Assembly (NCBI RefSeq): GCF_963921235.1
Contig: NC_086115.1
Span: 17,422,001 to 17,486,000 of the forward strand
Direction: 5' to 3'
Source of the DNA: Mobula hypostoma
Taxonomy: Eukaryota
DNA: 64,000 nucleotides
Shown: positions 50,171-62,169 of the stretch, in pieces
Layout of the letters: the number at the start of each line of letters is the position of its first letter
Numbering within the stretch: position 1 is the stretch's first letter
Translations under genes and position numbers: made by a program
The notes under the pieces: generated by a model
Told to the model about the DNA's origin: nothing
What the model saw: the letters and a program-made list of their open reading frames with translations, nothing else
The model's database searches: none

Positions 50171-50783
50171 TAAACTCTTCTCGGGCTTCCAGCCAAGTAC
50201 AAGTATCGATTTTAACCCTATGTTTCAATGACAAACTGCCATCTTCATCAGGGATGACGCCTGGGCTCATCTAGTCTGGTGGTATTTATACCCCCATCGT
50301 CCATCCCTCCTGATTGGATGAGGACTAACATCAGGTTTCTGCAGTCCCACTTTGTTTACAATCAAATTCCAGTTCTTAATTGGAACAAGACTTTCATCTT
50401 TGTTAAAATTTTTTCCTTTATTTCAATGGCTTCCTTCACCAGACGGTCCCAAAACCCAATGTCACAGCACAGTAGTTTTTGTGCAATCAAAGCCAATCCT
50501 ACGGCCACTGCGAACGCAATGTTCTGCTACCACTGATTTCTCTGGGCAACCCAACTCTTGTGCTCCTTAATGTGCGTTTCAACTGTACGCCCCATCTGGC
50601 TGATACACACTGGTCCACACTCACAATCCAAAGAAGCTCAAATCGCAACTTATGCGGGTCAAAGATGACCTGGGACTCAGGACAGCTGGCGTTTACAGGA
50701 TTCCCTGTGAATGGCAGAGTTTGCCATCGAAATGTCAGTTAAAACTGATACCTGTACCTGGATGGAAGCCCAAGAAGAGTTTA
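50171..50783. mobile_element. Second Penelope-like family remnant with inverted termini and internally inverted GIY-YIG
   Basis: ~70-bp inverted ends; + strand VKDDLGLRTAGVYRIPCE; - strand CECG..I.Q.GRTVET.IKEH and KEAIEIK. Confidence 0.75.
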
Positions 50784-51132
50784 GTTGAGACAGTGAAAAG
50801 CATCTTTTTGTGTCAATGACTAACACTTTCCAAGTATGTGCTGGGGGCAGCCTGCAATGTCGTCACACTTCTGCCAACACAGCATGCCCAGAACTTCGTA
50901 ACCCCAAACCGTGTATCTTTGGGATTTTGAAGGAATCCTGAGCACCCAGAGGAAACCCACGCAGTGACAGGGAGAACGTACAAACTCAGACAGCAGCAAG
51001 AATTGAATCGCAATCAGTGATTGCTGCCGCTGTAAAGTGCTGTACTAACCACAATGCTACTGTTCCACCCACAAAACTCCCTTTACTTTGACCTGTAAGT
51101 TAGAAACAGTTGAAGGTAAAATTTCTCACCTA

Positions 51133-54100
51133 TCATTTCTGATCTGTGATTGCTGCTGGTGCCTTCTTCTTCGATCTCAGTTTGAAGTACAATACAAGTG
51201 ATGCGATCCCTGCATATGTAGCCAGTACGTACTGTGCAGATGAAACAGAGAGGGAGGGGTGAGAGAATGTGCATGTTAATGAAGTGGAACAAAACTCAGT
51301 TCCTAAAAAGACACATCTCATGTCTCAGATGAAGTTTGGTGGACTCTGGGACCTCTTGCATTTCAGAGCTACATTAATGCACGTTCACTGTGGTAACTGA
51401 AGCTGGAAAGGGCATCTGTCCAGCCATGTCCACCATTCAACAGCATGGCCGTTTCCAAAGCTTATCTACTTTTCTGCTCAGTCCTCTTATTCAGATTCCC
51501 CAGCAGGACAGAAGTGTACCAGTCTGCCTCAAATATACTCAACATCTATTCTGTACAGCCCCAGGGCAAGGAAGAGAAAAGCACAAACTTACTGACTCAA
51601 GTGAAGAACTTACTACTGATCTCAGATCTCAATAGTTCCCCTTATTCAGGATGTATGCCTGATAACTGTTGTGCTGGGTGGCAGGTTGGAGCTACAGTGG
51701 CATGCAAAAGTTTGGGCACCCCGGTCAAAATTTCTGTTACTGTGAATAGCTAAGCAAGTAAAAGATGACCTGATTTCCAAAAGGCATGAAGTTAAAGATT
51801 ACCTTTTTATTTCCATCTTTTACAGTTCTCAAAATAACAAAAAAGGAAAAGGGCCCAAAGCAAAAGTTTGGGCACCCTGCATGGCCAATATTTAGTAACA
51901 CCCCCTTTGGCAGGTATCACAGCTTGTAAACGCTTTCTGTAGCCAGCTAAGAGTCTTTCAATCCTTCACTCTTAGGGATTTTCACCCATTCTTCCTTACA
52001 AAAGCCTTCCAGTTCTGTGAGATTTTTGGGCTGTCTTGCATGCACTGCTCTTTTGAGGTCTATGTACAGATTTTCAATGATGTTTAGGTCAGGGGACTGT
52101 GAGGGTCATGGCAAAACCTTCAGCTTGCACCTCCTGAGGTAGTCCATTGTGGATTTTGAGGTGTGTTTAGGATCGTTATCCTGTTGTAGAAGCCATCCTC
52201 TTTTCATCTTCAGCTTTTTTACAGACGGTGTGATGTTTGCTTCCAGAATTTGCTGGTATTTAATTGAATTCATTCTTCCCTCTACCAGTAAATGTTCCCC
52301 GTGCCACTGGCTGCAACACAAGCCCAAAGCAAGATCGATCCACCCCCGTGCTTAACAGTTGGAGAGGTGTTCTTTTCATGAAATTCTGCACCCTTTTTTC
52401 TCCAAACATACCTTTGCTCATTGCGGCCAAAAAGTTCTACTTTAACTTCATCAGTCCACAGGACTTGTTTCCAAAATGCATCAGGCTTGTTTAGATGTTC
52501 CTTTGCAAACTTCAGATGCAGGAGTTTGTGGTGAGGACGCAGGAAAGGTTTTCTTCTGATGACTCTTCCATGAAGGTCATATTTGTGCAGGTGTTGCTGC
52601 ACAGTAGAACAGTGCACCACCACTCCAGAGTCTGGTAAATCTTCCTAAAGGTCTTTTGCAGTCGTACGGGGGTTTTGATTTGCCTTTCTAGCAATCCTAC
52701 GAGCAGTTCTCTCAGAAAGTTTTCTTGGTCTTCCAGACCTCAACTTGACCCCCACCGTTCCTGTTAATTGCCATTTCTTAATTACATTACGAACTGTGGA
52801 AATGGCTACCTGAAAACACTTTGCTATCTTCTTATAGCCTTCTCCTACTTTGTGGGCATCACATGTTTTAATTTTCAGAGTGCTAGGCAGCTGCTTAGAG
52901 GAGCCCATGGCTGCTGATTGTTGGGACAAGGTTTGAGGAGTCAGGGTATTTATAAAGCTTTGAAATTTGCATCACCTGGCCTTTCCTAACGATGACTGTG
53001 AACAAGCCATAGCCCTAACAAGCTAATTAAGGCCTGAGACCTTGGTAAAAGTTATCTGAGAGCTCAAATCTCTTGGTGTGCCCAAACTTTTGCATGGTGC
53101 TCCTTTCCTTTCTCCCCCACTAAAATTGTACAAAACAAAAATAATACACTAATCTTGCTTAAAATGTTGAAAAGAGTGTTTCATCTTTAACTTTATGACT
53201 TTTGGAGATCAGTTCATCTTCTACTCACTTAACCATTCACAGTAACAGAAATTTTGACCAGGGGTGCCCAAACTTTTGGATGCCACTATATGCCTCTACC
53301 AAAGACGGTGTAAGGCACTCCTTCCCTCCGCCACCCCGATCAGGGTCCCGTAAAGACATGGGAGCAGGCAGTGCATAGTCGTATGAGCAACTGGTGCATA
53401 TCACAAGTCCTGATTATGATGCCAGGCAGACAATCTCTGAAGGGTATTGATAATGACTGGGGCCACCTGTCCTATTAAGACATTGTCCAAAAGAAGGCAA
53501 TGGCAAACCACTTCTGTAGAAAAATTTGCCAAGAACAATCATGGTCATAATCACCTATATCATACAACATGGCACATAATAATAATGATGAACTGTAGTA
53601 ACCCTAGCCAAGGGAATGGCTTACCAATATTGGCCCTGTTGTGTTCTAACGAATGAACTCTTCAAAATGCCAAAGGACATTGCTTAATTTATCTGACAGG
53701 ACAGCCCTCTCAACAAACCTCTGCTGCACTCTGGGTTGCATTACATTAGGCTTGGAGACCAAACATTCATCTGTTACTGTAGGTGCATCTTTTATTCCCT
53801 GTTATGAAAGTCAACCAGCTACTTGTTTTATTAATCATTTGTTTCTGCTTCAATTCCAGTAATTTATACAATACACAATGATTACTGAAAACCATATTTA
53901 TCTTAAGATTTATTCACCTATGAAATGCTCTATGTTCTACTTACTAAATAAATTTGCTTTACTATTTCCACTTTGCCCATGCCATACTCTGCCATTTTTA
54001 AACTTGTGGATTTCATCACTGCGCTTTCTTCAGCAGCCACTCTGTGCACTTGGTCAGTGGCAGTCTTGCCAATTAACTAGATTTCAAAGGACACCATTGT

Positions 54101-55259
54101 GAAAAAAAACCCAGCAACAACATTTCGGTACATTCTGAAGCCATAAGAGGATGGCAGAAGTGTAACTTCTTCCTACTTTCCCCAAATGAGACTCAGCTCA
54201 AAATAGTTACAGAGACAAAGACAATTTAGGTGGGTTCTATGACAAAAGAATGGAGTTTGTACAATGGTTGCTTGTCGGTCTTTTTCTGTCAAGACCATAA
54301 GAAACAGAAGCAGAATTAGGTAATTCAACCTATCGATTCTTCTCTGCCATTCTCTTTCCTTCTCCCCATAACCTTTGGGACCCTTACTAATAAAGTACCT
54401 ATCAACCTCCACAACAACTTGGCTTTCTCAGCTGTCTGTGGCAATGTATTCCACAGATTCACTACCCTCTGGCTAAAAAGATCCCTCATCTCTGTTCTAA
54501 AGGAATGTCCTTTTATTCTAAGGCTGTGACCTCTAGTCCTAGACTCCTCACTATAGGAAACATTGTTTGCACGTCCAATCTATCCAGGCTGGAATGTAGG
54601 CTCTGATCTCAGTGTTGTAATAGTTTAGTGATTCTCAGCAAGAGACTAAGTTTGAATCTGGGTGGGGGCACTTTAAATTAGGGAGCAACTTCAAGATTAT
54701 CATCAGTCAGCATGAAGCATGTGCCTTGTATCTTCTGTCCAGACTTTATCTGTGTCTGCAGGTCTCTGAATAGGCAGGCTCGCTCCAGCTTTGCTGATGA
54801 GTCCAATGTGGTCTGGTACACCTCCATCACACTTACTCACAGATTCACATCTCTAGTGACAGCAGGTGACCACACAGTAGGTCAAGGCCAATCCACACTC
54901 TTCCCCTCTCAACCACTAACCACCAGCATCTCAAAATGCTGGGGGAACTCAGTAAGTCAGGCAGCACCTACGGAGGGGGAATAGACAATCAATATTTTGG
55001 GCTGAGGTTCTTCATCAAAACATTGCCGAGTTCTCCAGCATTTTGCATTTGTTGTTCAAGATTTCCACATCTGCAGAATCTCCTGTATTTATGATTAGCT
55101 ACCAACATCCATCAATCTCCACAACCAACTCAGCATCTCTTGCTTCCTCCAGATCACTCTCGTGGTACTTACGTTCCTCCTGCCTGTCATGGTGTAGGCA
55201 TTGAAATATTTCTGGAATCCAGTGAACTGGTGCTGGCCAGAAGCCTCGTGACCTGCCAT
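51133..55259 (-). CDS. ATP5MK: ATP synthase membrane subunit k (USMG5/DAPIT): join of 55259-55173 and 51231-51133; 61 aa [61 protein letters not shown]
   Basis: FTG..KYFN.YT.TGR.N and [13 protein letters not shown] motifs; canonical splice sites; position between TAF5 and PDCD11 as in mammals. Confidence 0.96.
51695..53288 (-). mobile_element. Tc1-like DNA transposon, IR/DR type, full-length with frameshifted transposase (ATG 52908)
   Basis: TA TSDs; CAGTGG ends; repeated AAAAGTTTGGGCACC in each TIR; paired-like [27 protein letters not shown] motifs. Confidence 0.93.
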
Positions 55260-57384
55260 TCTCCTTACACTGGCTGCAGAGAGAGAAAATGACACGTTTC
55301 AACAAGCGTCACAACACATATCTTGGCATCCCAGTCCAAGTGTGCAACTGACGTGTGTTGAAGCTGAACACAATGAAACGGAGCTTCAAAACCCGCAAAC
55401 ATCTCAACATCAACACGATCTATTTCTATAGTAACTGAGTGTAAAGAAAAAGCACAAGTACACAAAGAACAGAGCACAGTGCAAGCCCTTTGGCCCGCAA
55501 TGTTGTACCAACCCTTCAACCTACCCGAAGATCAGTCTAACCCTTCACTGCCACATAGCCCACCATTTTACATTCATCCACATGCGTATCTAAGAGTTTC
55601 TTAAGTGCCCCTAACATATTTTTCAAATCTATAATCAACTTTATTGTACAGGAGATCTATTCAATAGCCCAGACAGAATATGATCTCAGCAAGTACAGAT
55701 GGAAAACAATTCAAATACTAAAAGCAGGAGATGTCAGCCACTCTGCTTATAACACTTCAGCCCTCTCTGTTTGCAGGAAAGGTGCCAGAGGTTCAGAACT
55801 ACCAACATTAATCAGCAGCTTAAAAAGAGAGACAGGGGAGAAAACACACACAACACTCTCTCTCTTGCGGACTGCCCTCAGCACATCCTCGAGCTGTGTT
55901 GGCCATTGATGCAAATGACAAATTTCACTGTCTGTTTTAACGCACGTGATAAATAAAGCTAATCTACAGAAATAGAACAGTGTAGCAACGGACAGGCCAA
56001 TTGTCCAGCAATGTTGTGCCAACCTTGATGCCAATTTATACCATGACCCCCTGTGCATCATCCACATCCCTCCACTCTGTTCATTTCAATGTCCATGTAA
56101 ACTCTACCTAAATTATGTCAATAAAGGGAACATGATAAAGTTTACAGTTGATAGAAGTGTGTGATTGGCAGTAAAAAAGGAAAGATTTAGATTGCAGAAA
56201 GTTATCAATAAACAAGAGATTCTGCAGAGCGATGGCAACACAGCGCTGGAGGAATTCAGCAGGTCAGGCAGCATTTGCGGAAAAGTATAAACAAACACGA
56301 TAAAGGAAATAAATAGCTGACTTTTATTTGTTTTTCCTCTCATTGAGTGTTGGTCTTTTTAAAAAATTGCTTTGTTCCTGTTTCTTGTTTTGTGGCTGTC
56401 TGCAAGCAGACCATTCTCAGGGTTGTATAATTTATACATACTTTGATAATAAGCTTTCCTTTGATCTTGAACATTTCAGGCCATGACCCAAATATTGATG
56501 GCCTGGTCAGTTGGGCAGCAAGTGGGAAATGAAATTTAATCCAGAGAAGAGCAAGGCAAAATATTAGTGAGGTGGATCAGGCAAAACATAGGTTACAGAA
56601 CGGTGTAAAGGAACAGAGAGAATGCATACCCAGAGATCCTCAGGTCTGATCAATAAGGCAGCTAAAGGAGCATACAGAATTCTTTCATTTCTTCTTCAAG
56701 CACGAATACGAACAGAAAGGTAGTGTGAAACGGAGACAGCTTGAGCACTCGTGCATTCCCGGTCTCCAGGTCACAGCAGAGAAGGGATTGCACTGGGGTG
56801 TAGGGGGATTTGTGAGGATGTTACCGGGATGGAACACTGTCGTCCTTAGGGAACGATTCGGGATGAAGGGAGAGCTGATGGAGACGTCCAGAGAGATTAA
56901 ATCGACTTCACGAACTACTCTGCCCTATCATCAAGAATCGGTAGGCTCCGTCCCTCAGGCCAGTCCAATCCAGAGACTGGAGGGCTGGGGATCTGCCGAC
57001 GGGGGCGGAGGGTGTGAGTGGCCAGCGCTCCTCCAGACCCAGCGGGCAGTCGCGGTGTCTGTTTCCCGGTGATAGGAGGGCCTCTCCGAGCCGGAAGGGG
57101 GACAATCGGCTCAACGGCCTCTTACGGTCCAGCGAAGTCTGACTGAAGGATGCGGAGCCCGGGCTTCCCCGACCCCCGCCCTCTGGGTACAGGGCCTCAC
57201 CGACCCGCCTTCCGCCATTCCCAGCCGCCTGAAACGGGGCCCGTCCCGTGTACGAGAAGCTCAGGTTAGGGAGTCGTGGCCACACCAGGCCCCGGTTTTC
57301 TCACCGAGCTCCCGCTGAGGCCTGTCCAACCGTCTCACTATCCCCAGGCATTCCCACTCCCGCCCCCGGCCCCCTCATTCTCAC

Positions 57385-57440
57385 CTTCACTCCGCCGATC
57401 CCAATGTCCTTCACAGGCCCAGGCTCCACAGAGCGGCGCC
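57385..57440 (-). other. ATP5MK: Putative non-coding first exon of ATP5MK
   Basis: Donor AAG|GTGAGA at 57385 in a CpG island; 5' end approximate. Confidence 0.6.
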
Positions 57441-57845
57441 GGAAATACCGCCCACCAGTAGCGCCTATTGGAAGAGATTCCCGTCACTCGGCCTGTTCCT
57501 GACGCCGCCGAGTGCTTTACTTATCTATTGACCGAATGCAGTGTCAATCACATTAACCCCACCAACGTAAAACGCCTATTGGACCGGTTGAACCTCAACT
57601 GCACTTATTCTGTCTCCTCAGCAACCATTGATTGGCAAATGTGTGACCCGCCCACCACGGGACAAGCCTACGATGATTGGACTACAGACAAAGCTCCCTA
57701 CTTGCATTGGACAATGTCGACGTCACTCATCATATGTCTGCTGTTGATTGGGCAAGATTGTGGGAGTCTCTCAAGGCGGACTATGTGCCATTTACAGTCC
57801 ATTCTCCGGAAGTATTTGCTGGGCGTCGCGAAGTATTTCCGGAGG
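57440..57845. promoter_or_regulatory. Bidirectional ATP5MK/PDCD11 promoter: six ATTGG (CCAAT/NF-Y) boxes, ETS CCGGAA sites, CRE-like GACGTCA
   Basis: ATTGG at 57467, 57578, 57631, 57676, 57706 and 57747; CCGGAA at 57439 and 57806. Confidence 0.75.
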
Positions 57846-60178
57846 TTGGAGTCATGGCGATGCCCATGTGAGCGAGTGAGGAATCAGCGGGTGTTGTACG
57901 GTAGGCGGGTGGTAGATGTGGTCGGGTTGTCCGTCGGCAGGGGTTGGGGGTGGTCGCGTGTCCGGGTCCTGATGGGGGAGCGTGGGTGGGGTGGAATAGG
58001 ATGGTGGAGGAGGTAACGGGTTGGGTCGGTGGGGAGGGGAGATCCTCGCGTCCGGGGGCCCTCGGGCAGAGCGAACCCGTGGGTCCAGGGTTCGGCTGGG
58101 TTTGGTGGAATAGGATGATGTGCGGTGGGGGTGTAGCGAGCTGGACCGGTGGGGAGAGGAGGCCCCTGGTTCCGAGACCCCTCTGGGACCGTATCATGTC
58201 CGTGTGTCCAGATTTCTGGTGAGAGAGTGATGGACAAAGTGGAGTAAAATAGAGTTGTGATGTGATGTAACGGGTTGGGCTGGTGCTGATGGGATGCAGG
58301 GTCTTCGGGGATGGTAGGTTGCTTGAGGGTCCGGGGCGAGGTGGGGACGGAGAGGATTATCACCGTTCGGTGCCGGAACGGAGATACAGGAGGGGCCCTC
58401 GACCCTTCTCTAACTTACAGCGGCATGGTATCAGGTCATTTGGCACAGCAGTCGGCGCCCGTCCTTAAAAAGTCGCAGAGTTCAAGTTTAATTATCACTC
58501 ATCTATACACGAGAATACAACCAAAGGAAACAGCATTTCACAGGGACCAATGTGTAAAAATACGGTACCAACGTCACGCATATTTCAATATGCAGAAAAC
58601 AGATAGCAGTACTAGCCGCAGAAAAGACTGGCTAGTGACATTACAGAAGTGTATGAGGGCGTAGGTAGCATCTATTTATCTTTCCCAGGCAAGGGAATCA
58701 AGAAATAGAGTGCACGGATGAAAGGAGAGTTGACCAGAGAGGCTGTACGGAGAGGTTTCCACACAGGGGGTGGTCTGTATATGGTATGAGCTGCCAGAGG
58801 CAGTGGTTGCCCAGGTACATTAAAGATATTTAAAACTTACTTGGATAGATGTGTGGTTAAGAAAGGTTTGGAAGAATATGTGGCAACTGGGAGCCAGCTT
58901 AGATGAGCATCTTGGTCATAATAGAGCAGTTGGGCCAAAGGGGCCTGTGTTTGTGTTGTATGACTGTGACATCTCCTGGTACCTAGCCCACTCAAAGGTC
59001 AAATTTAATGTTAGAGGAATGTATACAATATTCATCCTGAAATGCTTTTTCTTCGCAAGCATCCACAAAAACAGAGAAGTGCCCCAAAGAATGAACGACA
59101 GTTAAACGTGAGAACCCCAAAGTCCCCCCCAGCTCCCCCCTCCTGCACGTAAGCGGCAGCGAGCAACGATCCCCCCTCCCCCACCAACAAAAAAAAAGGG
59201 CATTGGTACCATCACCGAGCCCAATTGTGTGCTAAGCAATAGCAAAGACAAACCAAAGTTACACCAAAAGCTTCGCATTTTATCCAAAATTTAACGAACC
59301 ACAGGTTCTCTCCTTCCCTGGCCAGGGAGAGGGCAGTGTCCCCATTTTCACAGCTAGTGGGAGACATAACAACAACCCGCTGGTTTACAATCGTAAAAGT
59401 CCGTTTTGTCACTTTTTCCGAGCTCTGTGTCCGAAGATCGCAAAGACCTCGGGTCTTTGGGCCCACAGCGGAAGCTTTTCCGGCCTCCCTGATGACACAC
59501 GAGTCTCCTGCCCTGACACTGACCCTTGATCTGCCCATCTCCAGAGACCCAAGATGTTAGGCTTCCAAACACGATCAAGATTCTTAGGCCAAACCCTTGA
59601 CATGTCGAATAGCAACCAGTCGTGAACCCTGAGAATGGGTCCCATTCCTGCAAAGAACCGAAGCCTGTGTGTAACTCCAGGTCAGGGTCTTCAAGAGAGC
59701 CCTGAAAGAGAAAAGTAGAGATATTAAAGGTGGAAATAGAGCTGTTTCTTAAGATGCAAGCAAAGGAGTTGCTGTTAGGTGCCATTCACTCTCCTAAACT
59801 CTATCTCCAGTGTTGCCCGTACACCCCTGATTCTCTTCTGTCTGCCTGTCTTGAACTGGGGTTCCCAACCCAGGCCAGGCTCCATGCATTCCTCGGTTAA
59901 TGGTCAGGCTCAATGGCATAAAAAGGGTTTGGAACCCCCTAGTCTGGAATAAACTCAGAGTTCCAAACATTCACCACCCCCGAGGTGAAGAGACCAAACA
60001 TTTCTGAACTGAACATCTGACGCTTCGAAACCTGAACACTCATTCTATTTCTAGAAGTCCCAGGCAGACAAAACAGCTCCACAATCACCCTGTCAAGCCC
60101 ATAAGGCTTCAGTTGCTCAGTCCTTGAGAACTTCTAATCAGATACTGATGGGCTTTATGGGGGTGGGGTGGTGTGTAA

Positions 60179-60953
60179 AGGCTGATTTATACTTCTGTGT
60201 CAAATGGGGGCCATAACCTACGCAAGTGGCCTACGTGCGTGGTGATCATCTATACCTCTGCGTTGGTGTGTCTGCATCGCTCTACAATTCGCGCACGTCA
60301 TGCATGCGCACACACCTGCCCACGCAAGGCTTCACGGTTGTGGTAGCCTTTCTCGGGATAAACAAGTATAAAGGGAGCAACACACATAAAAGTTGCTGGT
60401 GAACACAGCAGGCCAGGCAGCATCTCTAGGAAGAGGTGCAGTCGACGTTTCAGGCTGAGACCCTTCGTCAGGACTAACTTCCTTCAGTTAGTCCTGACGA
60501 AGGGTCTCGGCCTGAAACATCGACTGCACCTCTTCCTAGAGATGCTGCCTGGCCTGCTGCGTTCACCAGCAACTTTTATGTGTGTTGCATGAATTTCCAG
60601 CATCTGGAGAATTCCTGTTGTTTAAGTATAAAGGGAGTGTCTTTTTTCGTAAAAGTGAAATGTGTCCTCCATAATTTCGGAGGTCTGTAAAGCTTTATGG
60701 AAAGCATTGCAGCCAGAGTTCCTTCCCTGCCCTTCAGTCGGCCGATGGGAAGCTATTGCAGCGTAGGAGGAAATGCGATGCTACCAAGCGGACCAATCAC
60801 AGTTGTTGCGGTCTGCGTTGCCGCGACGCGCAGTTACATTTTGGGAGAGGTGTGCGTCAGGCTACGGCGTAGGGATCCGCGTAGCTTCTGCATATGGTTC
60901 GCAGCGACGCCATACCTACGGCGTGGAGTTGACACACAAGTATAAATCAGCCT
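60179..60953 (+). mobile_element. Non-autonomous Harbinger element (second copy) with TAA TSD, carrying a palindromic Penelope-derived insert
   Basis: TIR AGGCTGATTTATACTT; TAA on both sides; shares sequence with 14132-14886 in the opposite orientation. Confidence 0.85.
60378..60623. mobile_element. Palindromic Penelope-pLTR-derived element (~102-bp arms, 6-nt loop) with hammerhead motifs at 60440-60475 (-) and 60490-60525 (+); 14-bp TSD
   Basis: AAGTATAAAGGGAG at 60364-60377 and 60624-60637; arms reverse-complementary around TCCTTC (60480-60485). Confidence 0.85.
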
Positions 60954-62169
60954 TAAGCATATCAGCAAGGGATGTGTTAGATAAGAGATAATCAACTATA
61001 CATGAATGCAGCCGAACGAAGCAGCTTTCCTCCGGTGCCAAGGCGTGACCGTATTACCAACAGCACGTAGCACATATGGTTACGATTGCAGGAAAACATA
61101 GTCATACAAACATATCACCCGAGTCCCCGAGTGGCCTGTGGAATTTTGGTGTATGGGATGTCCTGGTCCAATGTGTTTTTCCACCAAGCCCACACCAGAG
61201 GGCAGCCCCAGCAGAGGGGGCCAGCCCCCAGTCCATTGTGCCCGCAGAGGCCTCCGCTCCCTCCCACACCACCCTGGTGTCTCCTCTCCTGAGCAGACCC
61301 TGCAGGTTGAGGGGCTAGTCCGTGCCACAGCCGAGGCAGCGCAGCTCTCCCACTGTCAGTCTCACCAATAAACTAGTGAGCCAGACTGCATTATCACGGC
61401 CCAGTGGGGTCCTGCGGTCACAAGAAACACACCCAAAACCATCACTCTCACCACCTGTTGGATTGTGCACCATCTTGGCACAACAACAGGACGCAGTAAG
61501 TCCAGCTCCATCGCTATGGAGCGACTCACTGTCACTACAGCAGCAAAGCTCTTGCAACCTGTGCCTGTTATCTTCACTCTCTTTCCCGGCGATGTCAAGC
61601 TTTGAAAATTCAGTCCAAGAAAGAAAGCAGGATTAGCTTTGTTTGTCACATGTACATCGACCATTAAAACATACTGCGAAATGCATGGTTTGTGTTGATA
61701 ACCAACACTGTCCAAAGATGTGCTGGGGGCAGCCCGCGAGTGTCACCATGCTTTCAGCGCCAACAGTGCAAATTACCCCATCTTTGGGATGTGGGAGGAA
61801 ACCAGAGCACCCGGAGGAAACCTGCACATTCATGGGGACAACATGCAAAGTCCTTAAAGAAAGTGGCAGAAATTAAACTTGCACCACTGGCACTGTGGAG
61901 TGCTGAGCTAACTACTATGCTACTTTGCCTCCTCCGTTTCACTGAATTCTTCAAAACTAGGATAGTGGTGTGCACCTAGTAGCCGCAGAGTGAAGTTTTC
62001 AGCCACCCGGTTCCAATCCCAAACCTGGCTCCTGTCCTTGTGGAGTTTGCTTTCTCTACTGGTGACTGCATTAGTTTCCACTCAGTGCTCCACTTCCATC
62101 CCATACCTCACGTGGCAGCTTATTTGGCCGCTGACAGTTGTGTAGTGAGTGGTTTGAGAGACTGGTTCT

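Noticed and set aside
55274-57384. MIR1307-like hairpin, hosted by ATP5MK in mammals
   Set aside because: No matching hairpin recognised by eye; would need an Infernal/miRBase search
57468-58363. Several 138-182 aa ORFs
   Set aside because: GC-rich promoter and intron 1 sequence of ATP5MK/PDCD11; low stop density explains them
59000-59790. 143-aa minus-strand ORF
   Set aside because: Looks like an interspersed repeat (a similar head occurs near 27700); could not be classified or supported as a gene
61050-61640. Cluster of 80-117 aa ORFs in PDCD11 intron 1
   Set aside because: No recognisable motif or convincing splice structure
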